Shown here piece after piece: positions 26,902-40,928 of a stretch of 64,000 nt of DNA (the stretch's first letter is position 1; every line of letters starts with the position of its first letter). Under the pieces are notes generated by a model, which saw only the letters and a list, made by a program, of their open reading frames with translations, was not told the origin of the DNA and ran no database searches. The stretch spans positions 27,652,001 through 27,716,000 of the forward strand of contig OX597816.1 in NCBI GenBank assembly GCA_951406725.2, given 5' to 3'. The position numbers were made by a program, and so were the translations under genes. This stretch comes from Octopus vulgaris (Eukaryota).

Positions 26902-26997
26902 TTGAATTTTCTGCTGCTTTAAATAAAGCATATTACTCTACCACTGGTATTTGAGTACTCTTTTTTCCACCTTGTTTCACATTTATGTGTTTACTCC

Positions 26998-27043
<46 letters not shown>

Positions 27044-28285
27044 GTGAAATAGAAAGATGAATAATCTTGTAGCAGATTAATCAAAAGTTTATATATCAGT
27101 TAGGATGGAATAGATTTCCCAAGGCGGGAAGGGGCGGATAATGTTTTTTTTCATCGACACTTGGGCCGAATGCTTGCAAAACAGTGAACTTCGCTAAAAG
27201 CATCCAAGTTTTTAGAGTTGTGTTAAACCGGGCAATAGACTATGTCTACCATCCAAGTCTACTAACTGTTATGGGATTTGAATTCAGAACGAAAGGCAGT
27301 TTGCCACTCTTACAGCCAATCTACCACCCTGGATAGGTACTATTTTATCGGCCCTTAAGGGATAAGAGACATGATTGACCTAGATAAGATTTGAATTTAA
27401 TGTTCAGGGAGCCAGAATGAATACTGCGATCATAGACACTCTAAAACACACCACACTTACTACCTTTAGTTCATCTCTTTGAAATAAAGACCAGTTAAGT
27501 ATGATACAATTTCAGTACATTTTCTTGGTCAGAAGAAACTGCTTCCATTTCATCCCACTCCAATCATCTGTGTAAATCCTTGTATTTAAAGCAAATTCTG
27601 CTTGTGTTAACAGCTGCTGTGCGATCACTTATGTTTGCCTTTGTGTGTATTTCCTTGTGTGTGGACCAAACTTTTCTATTTAAGGATAATTTTTTTTACA
27701 GAGTATTCTGCACCAAATATAGATTTTAATCAGACTCTAAGGGTTTCCAATTGCACTGCTGCATGTAAATGTTGATATAATTTATACCCGTCCCTTGCCT
27801 AAATTACATCAAATTTTAGTTGTACAACAAAAAAGAACAGGGATAAATTGATTTTAGTCCGAATCGTAATTGAAGAAAATAACAGGAGAAAAAACACTTC
27901 AATGTCTGTGGATAGAAAGTAAAGTAAATAGTTTAGTAGATAAAACGAGTGCTTGGCTGTTCATATCTCGTTACTAGCAGTGTGATGATTTATCTACAGT
28001 ACTCAATATTCTAATGACTAAATTCCACTTGGCTGTGGGAAGATACCAAAAAGAAAGGGACAACGAAGGATTGCCAGTTTCTCTCCTACCGTTTTACAAA
28101 GGGGAAAGAAAGTTGGATTATATAGTTTGAAAATAAGAAATGATCATTTATCTGCTTCTTCACAGCTAGCCTTAGATAAACAACAACAATAAGAATAGGA
28201 AGAACTGTAGATAGAGATAATAATTGAACAAAGTAAGTGGTTCGTTACATTTCTGCGCTAGTTTCGCCTGTGGATATATCTATAA

Positions 28286-28747
28286 TTAGTATTATAACCC
28301 GATTGCATTCGGGTCTACTCGGGCCACATTTTAGAGACGAGGAATTCAAAAAAAAAAAAGAAAAACGAAAATTTTATTAAAAATTAAAAAGAAAATGAGG
28401 GCAAAAAGCATTCGTTTTTTCACAATCGTTTCCTAGCAGCCGGAATTTCGCAACAAAATGTATGTTTATTAAGCACAACAGCCTGCAGTGCATGCCGCTG
28501 GGCATTGAAAGCCAATCGCACAAACCTAGACGGGCTCTGGGCCCCCTTGAATCGATAAAAAAATTTTGCCATAGCAACCACATCTTTATAGCTTGCGAAT
28601 TTTAACCATCGCGAGTCTCATCCACACTAGCGATTTAGTATCCCTGCCAATTTTCAGCTCGATCCTAGCCTCAGTTTGGCCGCCATTAACCGTCAAAGAA
28701 AAAATGTGCATACAATTTTCGTCCAGGGACTGTTTTATAGATATAGA
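28286..28747 (-). mobile_element. Non-autonomous Helitron-like element
   Basis: Minus strand starts TCTATATCTATAAAA and ends with hairpin ACCCGA ATGCAA TCGGGT followed by ...ATACTAA (CTRR). Confidence 0.6.
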
Positions 28748-29092
28748 CAAGGATGGCTTCCAGAAAACTTACACTCGATAAACACTATATAAAGATAACG
28801 TTTTCTATGGCAGTACCACTGGTTAAACGGTTTAAGTTAGAAGAAACATCAATGCGACACACATACATACCTACACACATATACATACACATGCATACCT
28901 ACACACACGCAAACATACACATGCATACCTACATACATACGCATACCCACACACATACATACACACACGCGCTTTATGATTTGCTGTATTTGGATTTAGG
29001 CTATAGCGTGGAGAAGAGCCCATTAAAGTTGAGGTAAGAAAGAAAACAAGCTATTGATATTTGGAATCGTTCATTACGATCGTTTGATCCCC

Positions 29093-29096
<4 letters not shown>

Positions 29097-29144
<48 letters not shown>

Positions 29145-29149
29145 TATAC

Positions 29150-29241
<92 letters not shown>
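29097..29241. repeat. (TA)n microsatellite
   Basis: Directly visible. Confidence 0.95.
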
Positions 29242-29246
<5 letters not shown>

Positions 29247-30086
29247 TACGTATTTAAAAATAAACTACCATGTTAAGTGAATATATCAAAATATAAAACC
29301 AGCTTCAACATACTGTCCATATACACCATGTTCAAGCAAAATACAAAAAAAAAGTTGAATTTAACAAATATTGACAAAAACATAGATTATTACAATGATA
29401 AAAAATAACAATAGCGATTTGAACGAAATAACCAAGAAGTATCTTAAAAATAGTTATAGACAAATATTTAAAAAATACAGAAATATAAAATAAAAGATAA
29501 AACTAACAGATATGTAGAAGATAAGGATAAAAATATTCCCCAAGAAAGGCTCCCAATAAAACGATAATGAATAAAAGAATAATGAAATCGAATTGAGATA
29601 TAAAATATGATGCATAATTTATTCAGAAAATAAAAATAGAAGAAATATTTTATAAAGATATAAAAAAAAAGCCCGAAGAAGTGTTGACAGTAGAAAATAC
29701 TTTGGTGCAAATAGAATTAGTGATCAAAGCAAAAGCTGAGAGACAGCAGCCGAACTGGAATAATTAGGAGAGACAAATAACCTCAAAGATATAGATATAA
29801 AGTTTAAAACACCTAATGATCATTTGCTAGTAACTTAAAGAGTCACACACACACACACACATACACACACACACACACACACACATACACGCATGTACTG
29901 CGAACTGATGCTATCAGTTACACACGTATGCATAAGCTAAACATGCATACAAGTCCAATCGCAGAGAGAAACGGTTACAGATGCCTCACTCAGTGAGAGC
30001 CTCAGACACGCACATCACAAAGGGCTGCACCTGTGCACGAAGGCACGCTGAGTATTGCAGAATATCAGCTAAAAGTATGAAGAAGT

Positions 30087-30675
30087 AGGCGGCGAGCTGG
30101 CAGAAACGTTAGAACGCCGGGTGAAATACGTAGCCGTATTTCGTCTGCCGTTACGTTCTGAGTTCAAATTTCGCCGAGGTCGACTTTGCCTTTCATCCTT
30201 TCGGGGTCGATTAAATAAGTACCAGATACGCACTGGGGTCGATGTAATCGACTTAATCCGTTTGTCTGTCCTTGTTTGTCCCCTCTGTGTTTCGCCCCTT
30301 GTGGGTAGCAAAGAAATAGGTATTTTGTCTGCCACTACGTTTCTGAGTTCAAATTCCGCCGAGGTCGATTTTGCCTTTCATCCTTTCGGGGTTGATTAAA
30401 TAAGTACCAGTTACGCACTGGGGTCGATGTAATCGACTTAATCCGTTTTTCTGTCCTTGTTTGTCTTCTCTGTGCTTAGCCCCTTGTGGGTAGTAAAGAA
30501 ATAGGTATTTCGTCTGTCTTTACGTTCTGAGTTCAAATTCCGCCGAGGTCGACTTTGCCGAGGTAATTCTTTCGGGGGTCGATAAAATAAGTATCAGCTG
30601 CGCACGGGATCGATCTAATCGACTGGCCCCGTCCCCCCAAATTTCGGGCCTTGTGCCTAGAGCAGTAAAAAATAT
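30087..30675 (+). mobile_element. SINE family A trimer
   Basis: One head plus three body units; the last ends CCCCCCAAATTTCGGGCCTTGTGCC. TSD AAGTA(T/A)GAAGAAGT at 30073-30086 and 30676-30689. Confidence 0.9.
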
Positions 30676-30912
30676 AAGTAAGAAGAAGTGATCACATGGA
30701 AAAACATCATAGCACCACCGCAACGTTGACAAAAATGCACACGTTCATAATTCTCCATCTAATTTCATAGACATAACCACAGCGAGGCTTGCACATGGTC
30801 CACTTAGCTTAAACACATTTACAGAGAATACAACCGATTACATACTGACAACAGTATCGGTAAATTGCTCACTACATTATAAACAAACGAGTAAAACACA
30901 TATACGCCATTA

Positions 30913-30964
30913 TACTACTGCTGCTACTACCACTACTACCACTACTACCACTACTACCACCACC

Positions 30965-31045
<81 letters not shown>
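30913..31045. repeat. (CTA)n/(CCA)n trinucleotide repeat
   Basis: Directly visible. Confidence 0.95.
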
Positions 31046-31046
<1 letters not shown>

Positions 31047-31094
31047 TATGCTAGAGCTGTGAAATCTTGCATGCATTAATTTCAACACCTCTTA

Positions 31095-32246
31095 TTAATA
31101 ACTGCCTTGTTTCTTTTCAGGTAAACTGACATCTGACTGCTCGAAGAGGATTTCAGAAGCAGCTCGTAGAGATTTCTCTTGAAAATGGGACAAAATTTGG
31201 CATCGTCATGTTATCAAGTACCTGCAGAAAAAAGTGTTTAGCCCCATAGGACATTCATGCTTGCGGATGAGGGTCAGCTTTATCAACTGTGCGAAAGCAG
31301 GCATCTGAATTTAGGATGGGAAGTCTTGAAGATGACCCAAAGTCTGACGTCCTACAACTGCCCTCACCGAGGAAAACATTGATCGTGTTCACCACATGCT
31401 GATAGATGACAGGCGATAAATCAAATAACTAATGCTATTAGCATATCCCGTGAGATGATTGAGAATATTCTGCATAATGATCTTGGCATGACAAAGGTTT
31501 TTGCTCGGTGGGTGCCATGTCTTCTGAAACCTGATCAAAAGCACACCAGTCTCATTACAATCATAGCAAAATCTGACATTGTTTCAAGCAAATGCAGCTG
31601 GTTTCCTTGAATGTTTCATAAGCCAAGATGAGTGATGGGTTCAACACTTTGAGTTAGAGGCAAAGAGACAATCCGTGCAGTGGAAACACCCTTCCTCGTC
31701 TGCTACAAAGACTGCCGTGGTCGTTTCATCAGCAGGGAAGGCTATGGCCTCAGTTTTTTTGGATGCAAAAGGCATTATGATTATTGACTAACTTCAAAAG
31801 GGTTACACCATCAGTGGTGAGTACTATGCCAACTTGCTGAGGCAGTTACGGAAGGCTATTAGAAAGAAACGCCCAGGAAAACTGACGAAAAGGAGTTGTT
31901 TCATCAGGACAATGCTCCAGCACATAAGTCCTTGGTTGAAATGACTGCCTTGCATGACTGTAGCTTTGAATCGATTGATCAGCCTCCCTATTCTCCTGAA
32001 TTGGCCCCATCTAACTATCATCTGTTTTCCAATAGGAAAAAGCACTCGCATGTTGACGTTATATCTGATGTTGATGACTTTTTTTTAGCAACAAGATTAA
32101 AGCTTCTTCCTCAATAGAATCCAAGCACCACAACACCGATGGAAAAGTGTGAGGACCGCAAGGGGGACTATGTTGAAAAACAAACCCTATTTGGTCACAT
32201 TCTATGAGTGAATCTTGGTCAGTCTGTGAACTTTTCAGCCGATCCT
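31095..32246 (+). mobile_element. Mariner transposon relic, transposase pseudogenised
   Basis: ARWVPCLL (WVPxxL), FHQDNAPAHKS and PPYSPELAPSNYHLF (YSPDLAP) motifs, with stops and frameshifts. Confidence 0.9.
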
Positions 32247-32442
32247 TATGTGAATACATACACACACACGTACGCACGCGCCGACGCGCACACATACACA
32301 CACACTATATATATATATATAATGCAAACGTTGACAGTGTGTACTCGTAGATGAGAGTAGAAGTAAGAAGAAATAAATCTGACTTTTTGCTATTTCTTGC
32401 CTGTTTTCTAAGGCCGTACGAAGCTCCTTTTCTCAAATCTTT

Positions 32443-32739
32443 TACTCTCTTTTACTGGTTTCAGTCGTTTGACTGCGGTCATGCTGGAGCACCGCCTTTA
32501 GTCGAGCAAATCGACCCCAGAACTTATGCTTTGTAAGCCTAGTGCTTATTCTATCGGTCTCTTTTACCGAACCGCTAAGTTACGGGGATGTAAATACACC
32601 ACCATCGATTGTCAAGCGATGTTGGGGGGACAAACACGGACACACAAACATATATATACACACGCACACATAAATACACACACACACACACATATATATA
32701 AGAAACCTGTCGTATATATATATATACATACATATATAT

Positions 32740-32778
<39 letters not shown>

Positions 32779-32912
32779 ACAGGCTTCTCTCAGTTTCTGT
32801 CTATCAAATCCACTCACAAGGATTTGGTCGGCCCGAGGTGCTAAACAGTTGGAATGAACTCGGAACCATGTGGTTGGTAAGCAAGCTACTTACCACACAG
32901 CCACTCCTGCGT
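32443..32912 (-). mobile_element. SINE family B
   Basis: Same head and tail as 19813-20215 in reverse orientation, with an expanded internal microsatellite. Confidence 0.88.
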
Positions 32913-34359
32913 CTATATCGACTTTTTTTAAAAAATAAAACATTTACTTTTAATAAGAAATGTGAACCTTGAAAAACTTTCCCATTGTTGATAAATTAAT
33001 GAAAACAATTTCGTGATTGAAGCTGTCTCCTGTTACGTTATACTTTATAAAATATTTCTTAATTTAAAAAGGAAAATGTTGAACATCACTTGACATTAAT
33101 CAATGTAGATCCCGTTGGGATGAAAAGGTATGACGTAATGGGAGACTAGTTAAATGGTCTATTTCAGGTGTGATCATTGGTTCTGACAGCTGTCAATGCC
33201 TACTGGCAATAATTTCTTCATATATCTGTAGAATATCTCCGTTTTAAGACCAGGATCGTGAAGTGAATTTAGAAGTTAACAGAATTTTTCAATATTTTGG
33301 TGATTCTTGACGTCCAGTTTCTGATGCTGTAATGTTTATTTTAACAATTGCAGTGTCTTCCACGCCTCTGTTCTAGTGGCAAGTTCTTGGGAAACTTTAT
33401 TCCTGTCTCATTTCTTATATTTAATTTGTTTCTACGCGTATATATTGATAGAAATAACTTCCACGGGGTAAACAATTCATCCTTATGCTGTTACGAGACC
33501 AACTAGAAATGATAGACGATTGTCTCTCGGATCACATTCAGCTGACTTAAAAGGGAAGGACACAAGTTAATGCAGTCGCGTAAACATTTAAACACGAGTT
33601 GGGACAACTTTGATTTCACCCTGCAAGTAAATGGCTGACTTAGGGTAAAGCAGTTGAAACAAGGCCGTCTCTTAATACAACCTCATTTCTCTTCCATGTT
33701 AAATTGATTTTTATCAAACAAATCTCCCATTCCTTTGCGTAAGTGAAATGAAAGTGGTTCTGTATTTTATTAATAACCACCAAGACTACACTAAGTGTTG
33801 TTGTGTGACCTAAACATAAGCAAAATATTGAACAATGAAATATAATGTATCTCCCCACCATGAAATTTTTAGATCCTGTTTCGATTCACAATCGAGAGTC
33901 AATCTGAATATTTTTTTATCATTTAATCAGAAGGGAAGGCAAGCCCCATGGCCTGTTACAGGGCCTCTGCGACTGCTTGGAGAGCAGGTCACTTCAAATC
34001 GGATGCCTTGCTGGAATACTTGCAATAAAGTGGACTCTGACAGAGGCGCCTAAGGAGCCAGGTAGTGGTATTAACTTCCCGAATGGTGACTTAAGTGTAC
34101 TACCCATGTGGGCACCTGCTTGATTCGAACTGAGCCAGAACAAATATGGTGAGGCAACCGGTAAGGCTCTACCAACCAGCTGCTTTGGATTGCAACTTCT
34201 GTTTGTAATCGGTCCCCGTCTTGAAACGATAGGATGAAACTAAAATTGACCTTGGGAGGATTTGAACTTAGAGCGCAGCAAGTGGCAGCAGAGAAAGCAA
34301 AGCATTCTGACCGACTTGTTAATGACTTTGCCAATCTATAATTAGTATTCTTGAGAAGA

Positions 34360-34759
34360 AGGCGGCGAGCTGGCAAAATCGTTAGCACGCCGGGCGAAAT
34401 GCGTTGCCGTATTTCGTCTGCCGTTACGTTGTGAGTTCAAATTCCGCCGAGGTCGACTTTGCCTTTCATCTTTTAGGGGTCGATTAAATAAGTACCAGTT
34501 GCGCACAGAGGTCGATGTAATCGACTTAATATCTATGTCTGCCCTTATTTGTCCCCTCTGTGTGTAGGCTCTTGTGGGCAGTAAAGAAATAGGTATTTCG
34601 TTTGCCTTTACGTTTGGAGTTCAAATTCCGCCGAGGTCGACTTTGCCTTTCATCCTTTCTGGGTCGATAAATTAAGTATCAGTTGCATACTGGGGTCGAT
34701 CTAATCGACTGACCCACTCCCCCCCAAATTTAGGGCCTTGTGTCTTGAGTAGAAAGGAA
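34360..34759 (+). mobile_element. SINE family A dimer
   Basis: Head plus two body units. Flanking duplication TATTCTTG(A/T)GAAGA at 34346-34359 and 34760-34773. Confidence 0.88.
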
Positions 34760-34773
34760 TATTCTTGTGAAGA

Positions 34774-35035
34774 AGGCGGCGAGCTAGCAGAATCGTAAGC
34801 ATGCCGGGCGAAATGCTTAGCGGTATTTCGTCTGCCGTTACGTTGTGAGTTCAAATTCCACTGAGGTCGACTTTGCCTTTCATCCTTTCGGGGTCGATAA
34901 ATTAAGTACCAGTTACGCACTGGGGTCGATGTAATCGACTTAATACCTATGTCTGTCCTTGTTTGTCCCCTCTATGTTTAGCCCCTTGTGGGTAATAAAG
35001 AAATAGGTATTTCATCTGTCTTTAAATTTTGAGTT
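34774..35035 (+). mobile_element. SINE family A, head plus one unit and a truncated second unit
   Basis: AGGCGGCGAGCTAGCAGAATCG...GCCCCTTGTGGGTAATAAAGAAATAGGTATTTC. Confidence 0.88.
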
Positions 35036-35609
35036 CGAGATGATCACACAATTTTCATCGCTAAATAACGATACTTTCTTTCACATAAAACATACTATTC
35101 ATTTCTGATCATCAGATTTTCTTTATTGCCACTTTCCATGAAAAATGTAACACTGTCATTGTGTGGAACAAAAGCGTATGCAAATTTCATCTGCTTGCAA
35201 TTTTTCCCGGCATGCCATCGACTCTGGCAGCTGTCATAATAAAAAATCGCTTTATGTTACTACCACTGCCATTCCCCCACTTCTACACTGCTAGCAATAC
35301 CAACACACCAGCATTCTCACTACTATCACCGCTCTCACCATTACCACCACTACCATTATTATGACCACTACCACCACACCACTATAACTATCAGCCCTAA
35401 TATCATGACAACCACCACAACCGCCACCACCACCACCACCACCACCACCACCACCACCACCACCACATCGCCAATTGAATATTGGAATCGATGTAATTGA
35501 CCCTAACCCACTCCACCGAAATTGCTGGCCTTGTGCAAAAATACGAAACCTATTATTACTACCACCATATTCAACCATTTTTACTATCAACATCAACCGT
35601 ATCTTTAAT

Positions 35610-36195
35610 ACCTATTTATATACAACCCACAAGGTTTTAAACACAGAGGGGACAAACAAGGACAGACAAACGGATTAAGTCGATTATATCGACCCCAGTG
35701 CGCATCTGATACTTTATTTATCGACCCCGAAAGGATGAAAGGCAAAGTCGACCTCGGCGGAATTTAAACTCAGAACGTAATGGCAGACGAAAGACGCAAT
35801 ACCTATTTCTTTACTACCCACAAGGGGCTAAACAGAGAGAGGACAAACAAGGACAGACAAACGGGTTAAGTCGATTACATCGACCCCAGTGTGTAACTGG
35901 TACTTTATTTATCGACCCCGAAAGGATGAAAGGCAAAGTCGACCTCGGCGGAATTTGAACTCAGAACGTAGCGGCAGACGAAATACCTATTTCTTTATTA
36001 CCCACAAGGGGCTAAACATAGAGGGGACAAACAAGGACAGACATAGGTATTAAGTCGATTATATCGACCCCAGAGCGTAACTGGTACTTAATTTATCGAC
36101 CCCGAAAGGATGAAAGGCAAAGTTGACCTCGGCGGAATTTGAACTCACAACGTAACGACAGACGAAATACCGCTAAGCATTTCACCCGGTGTGCC
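35610..36195 (-). mobile_element. SINE family A trimer, head truncated
   Basis: Three body units ACAAACAAGGACAGAC...CGACCCCGAAAGGATGAAAGGCAAAG. Confidence 0.88.
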
Positions 36196-37060
36196 TATCC
36201 TTAATACCTTCATCACTACCACTGCAACTGCTATTACTACTATCACTACTATCACTACACCTACCACCACCAACATTATCATGACTAATGTCACGGGACT
36301 ATCCAACACATTAAGAAGCTTCTGCGTTACCTCATGACCAGCCAAATATGGCTGCCATTACATCACATTTCTGAATGTTGTACAAAAAGAAAACAAAATG
36401 GCCCTAAAGAAAGAATAGTCATGATTTGGGACCCTTTTGAATATGAGTCTGCTCGCTCGGGGTTGACTTGGGGTTAAATCACAACAAAAAACAGCAATAA
36501 TGACAACAGATGCGTAAATCGTAATACTGAAAAATTTTAGGTTCGGCAAAATGTTTATAAAAGCATTTCATTCACAAACACTTTTAACCTAAACGCACAT
36601 AAACACACACATACATACGCGCGTACAATCTACATGCACACACGCATACGTCAGATATGAGCGTTGCTAAGAAATGCAAATCCTGTATAATAGAAAAGCC
36701 CATAATTCTAAAGAAACTGTGAATCACACACGTATACTTTATTACCAAGGCGGAGATCTGGAATCCTACATACATGAAAGACATTCTTAAACATATTTGA
36801 CATCGCACAAATGTAATTTAATCTTTCCTTAGGAAACGTTCGGCCTAACATAAATTTTGAAGTCTTATATTGTTTCACTGGCTTAAAAGTGATACTCTGT
36901 GCGGACTTTTAAGATAGTTCCTGCAGATGGCTAATTTGGCCTGTGGCTCATAACTAACGATAGCAATAATAATTAAGCATTTATTGGTTCCCTACCATCT
37001 CAGATTTATATCACATAGTATAACATTCGGAGAATTTTGTATCACTGTGATATTTGGAGA

Positions 37061-37856
37061 TCACTGCAAAACAGGAGGATAAACAGCATTCGTGGTTTTA
37101 CCATTTGGTGTGAATATGAAGAGATTGTTGCCATTTTCAACTCAGGAACAACCAACATAGAGCGCTGACCATGGGAAAAGCCCTACAGCATGTGGTGAAG
37201 TCCAACAATTTTCAATGATTGACTTGATTCTTGTTAATTGACATTGCAAAACTAACTCTTACTAGAAATTGAAGTCTCATGAATTTAAAGTGCATGTTTC
37301 CTGGAATCAGTCGAATTCTTGGAATAAACACATTTTCTCCCTTTCCCTGTCCAGTGAGGATTGTTGCGTCCAAATATTGTGGATGCATTTGTCAGTCTCG
37401 TTCCACTGCATAGCTTTGGAGGATCCAGATTTCTCAAAAGCATGATTGAAACTCCTTTCTCCAATGTCAATTTGTGAGGAGGCATTCCGGGAGGATCCAA
37501 AGAGTTAAGAAACTCTGTAGGATAATTCACAGCCTAATTGGGGTCCACAACAGTATCAAGAGAAAAATACTTTTTTTCCTCAGTATTGATTGATTGCATA
37601 AATTTCCAATCGGCAACCTGGACAGTTTCATTTTTTGGTGCAAGTATGGCTCTTTCACAAAACCAATCATAATCTTGAAAATTACGTCCAATGTTTGGGT
37701 AAACCTTGTTAATCAACTCTTCTACGGTTCTGACCAAAATGCCTCAGCCATTTGGAAAAGTAATGTCTAATCTACTGTCTTGCTGAATGCTTCCGTTTCC
37801 CAGATCCAGTAGCTGAGCTTAGAATCTTCCAGCATCTAAATCACTGAATAAACTGA
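37061..37856 (-). mobile_element. Helitron PIF1-family helicase C-terminal fragment (pseudogenised)
   Basis: [53 protein letters not shown] and FAMSINK motifs. Confidence 0.9.
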
Positions 37857-38927
37857 TACCGCAGAAAGTCCGATCCGGGTAGATTTTCGATTTGGCCAGT
37901 TTTCCGATCCGGCCGAAAGTCTGATTTGGGCGCAAGTCCGATTTGAGCCGAAAGTTAGAGTTCTACAATATTTCCTTCAGAGCGCTTCAATTCACAAGTT
38001 CCGCGCAACTTCGAAACCTCACGAACTCGAAACCTCCTCACTCTAACTTGGATTTAGTTTTAAATGAACTGAAGTGAAAATATTTTTAAATTCACAAAGT
38101 TTTGGTATTACTTTAAATTCAGTTTAAATGAAAAGCTTGTAAGTTCACAAACATTTGGAGCTCTTTTAAAATTTGAATTTTCAACTGTTAGCATAAAACA
38201 AATACTCATCCAGACCTGATCCCAATGCTGGATGTTCAAGAACCAAATTCAGGGAAGATTTTCAATCTCGGGATCATCCTGATTTCAAAAAGCTATAATA
38301 TGTGTATGTAGAGCAAAGGTAGATTGAGATATAGGGGTCTCTGACGGATGTGCAGACAAAATTTCGTGTTTATTATAATAGATATATTTTGTTTTTTGTT
38401 TTTAAGCCAGGTATTTTTTCTAAACATTTTCTCGGAGGCATTTTAGACTTAGAAGAACTTCTGAATTTTCTTCTCATCTCACATTTGTTTCATCATCTCT
38501 TACACTCAGCCCCTTGTGCGCAACCTCTTTTTTGTCTCTCCCTTCACTCTGTTAGTATGTATGTGGACTACACGGGTATATGTACTACAAGGAAGGTGAT
38601 AATTACTCAATTCCAAAAAGCAGGACTACAGCTCCGCGAGCTAATATCTGTTTTTGAAACTTGTAGCTCGATAGGGAAATGGAAATGTCTCGTCTCTAGT
38701 GGGGGTTCAAAATATTTCCATATTTTTTTTATATTTGAAACAAGTAGTTGCCCCTCTGTCAAGGGATTATAATATATTAATAAGTCCGCATTTATTTTGC
38801 TTTAATATCTTATTACATTAGAATAATTTTATTTCCACTTAACAACCGATATATCTATTCTCGACATATCTATTCTCTTTTCGATATATCTATTTTCTTT
38901 TATTTGTTTTAGTCACTGGATTCTGCC

Positions 38928-38984
<57 letters not shown>

Positions 38985-39601
38985 ACACACGTATATATAT
39001 ACATATATAAAACAGCTGAAGGGGTAAGACGCGGGTGATCATCTCATCAGCACTTCATGCTGGTTAGCATAGTTATCAAATAAACGAATGATCATAGGTT
39101 ATACTCCGGTCAGTTATAAAAGGAACAGTTCGCCAATCCAAGGCATGTATATCAAATAGGTATGTTATAATCCTCACAGCGTGAATAATAATTAATTAAG
39201 AAAAAGAGAAGTCAAATCAATGTTATAAACATGTTGGTGAATAAACGCTATTTATTTCGTACTACAGATGAAGTTATACAATTCATGAAATAAAATTAGT
39301 GTTCATTCACCTTTTCGAACTTTAATTTGAATCACAGTAAACTCATGAAATAAATAGCAATACGGATGAATTCTCATCGCTTCATGGGCGTGTCAACGAC
39401 AAGGCAAATAGAGAAAATGCAAATATTTTATCCCATCAGCTCTTTAATATACTATCCGTCAGACAATGAATCAAAGTAAAAGCGCTCCTATAGTTCGAAA
39501 CATCTTCCACTCAGCGATAACTCGGTCAGTTTTATGATTTGTTTGACGACATTTTATTACATAGATGGAATCGTTTCAAAGCGGTTAAGATGAGCACAAT
39601 G

Positions 39602-39915
<314 letters not shown>

Positions 39916-40813
39916 CTGTCTAATGGTTTTCCTCCGTTCCATTAATAGAATCTCATTGAATGAATTTTAGCTTTTACAGTGATTTAGAAAGTCTTATAAG
40001 TCTAACATAAATCCCAAGTAGAATCCACTCACGATGCCTGCCGTGTGGTAACGCTGTCACTGAAATACACATACAATTTCTCTATAGGGTTTCTGAAGGT
40101 ATAAAAAACTGTTACATAACGAAGATGCTACACGGTGGATTCGAGCCTGCACCTCATATTGGCAAAGACAACTTCTTACTCAGTCATTTTGTACCTAAAT
40201 ATGGCAGAACGCCTGTAATGTTTACCAGCGATGTGGATTCGTATTGCGAATTTTTCTATCCAAATTGCTCCTAACCCAATATTTACACGCTACTATATAG
40301 AGATTTATTTGCGCTGATATATACCAATCCTGAAACGAATTATATATATATATATCTTTATTGCCCACAAGGGGCTATATATATATATAATTATATATAT
40401 ATATGTATATGTATAATTATATATATATATGTACGTAAGTATGTAGATAGATATGTATGCATGTATGTGAATACACACACACACAGACACACACACGACA
40501 CACATACACACACAGATACACTCGCGCGCGCACGCACACACACAAACACAATATGAAGGGAAAATTGAATGTTACACGAGTTTAGATGAAAAGAGATCGA
40601 TCAATGCTAAGTTGAGGAATATTCATAATTGTTATGGTTTATATTGGCATTCTCCCGAAAGAGTTGCACACAGTAAATCCAAATTATTGCTATTTGGTAA
40701 CCCTGGTAATCGAAGGGAGAATCCAATGCTGGATGATAAGAAGGATTATGGTGTGCTGATAGTTATGTCTATGGTAAATGAATGACGGAAGATAGAAGAT
40801 ACGAGAATATTTA

Positions 40814-40928
40814 TTAATCACTACAATTGTTTAGACACATCTGGCAACGATCCTTCACGAGAAGAATACTTAACAACTGGTTCGGGAGCATCCCGCGGTG
40901 CAGATGTGTCTCTCCGGGTGATAATTAA
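40814..40928 (-). ncRNA. HHR-shaped motif with variant core in the Penelope pLTR (copy 1)
   Basis: ATCAC-CCGGAGA-GACACATCTG..[long loop]..CAGATGTGTC-TAAA-CAATTG-TA-GTGAT. Confidence 0.55.

Noticed and set aside
39030-39060. Minus-strand CTGATGA in an island between microsatellites
   Set aside because: No matching stem II or GAAA downstream.
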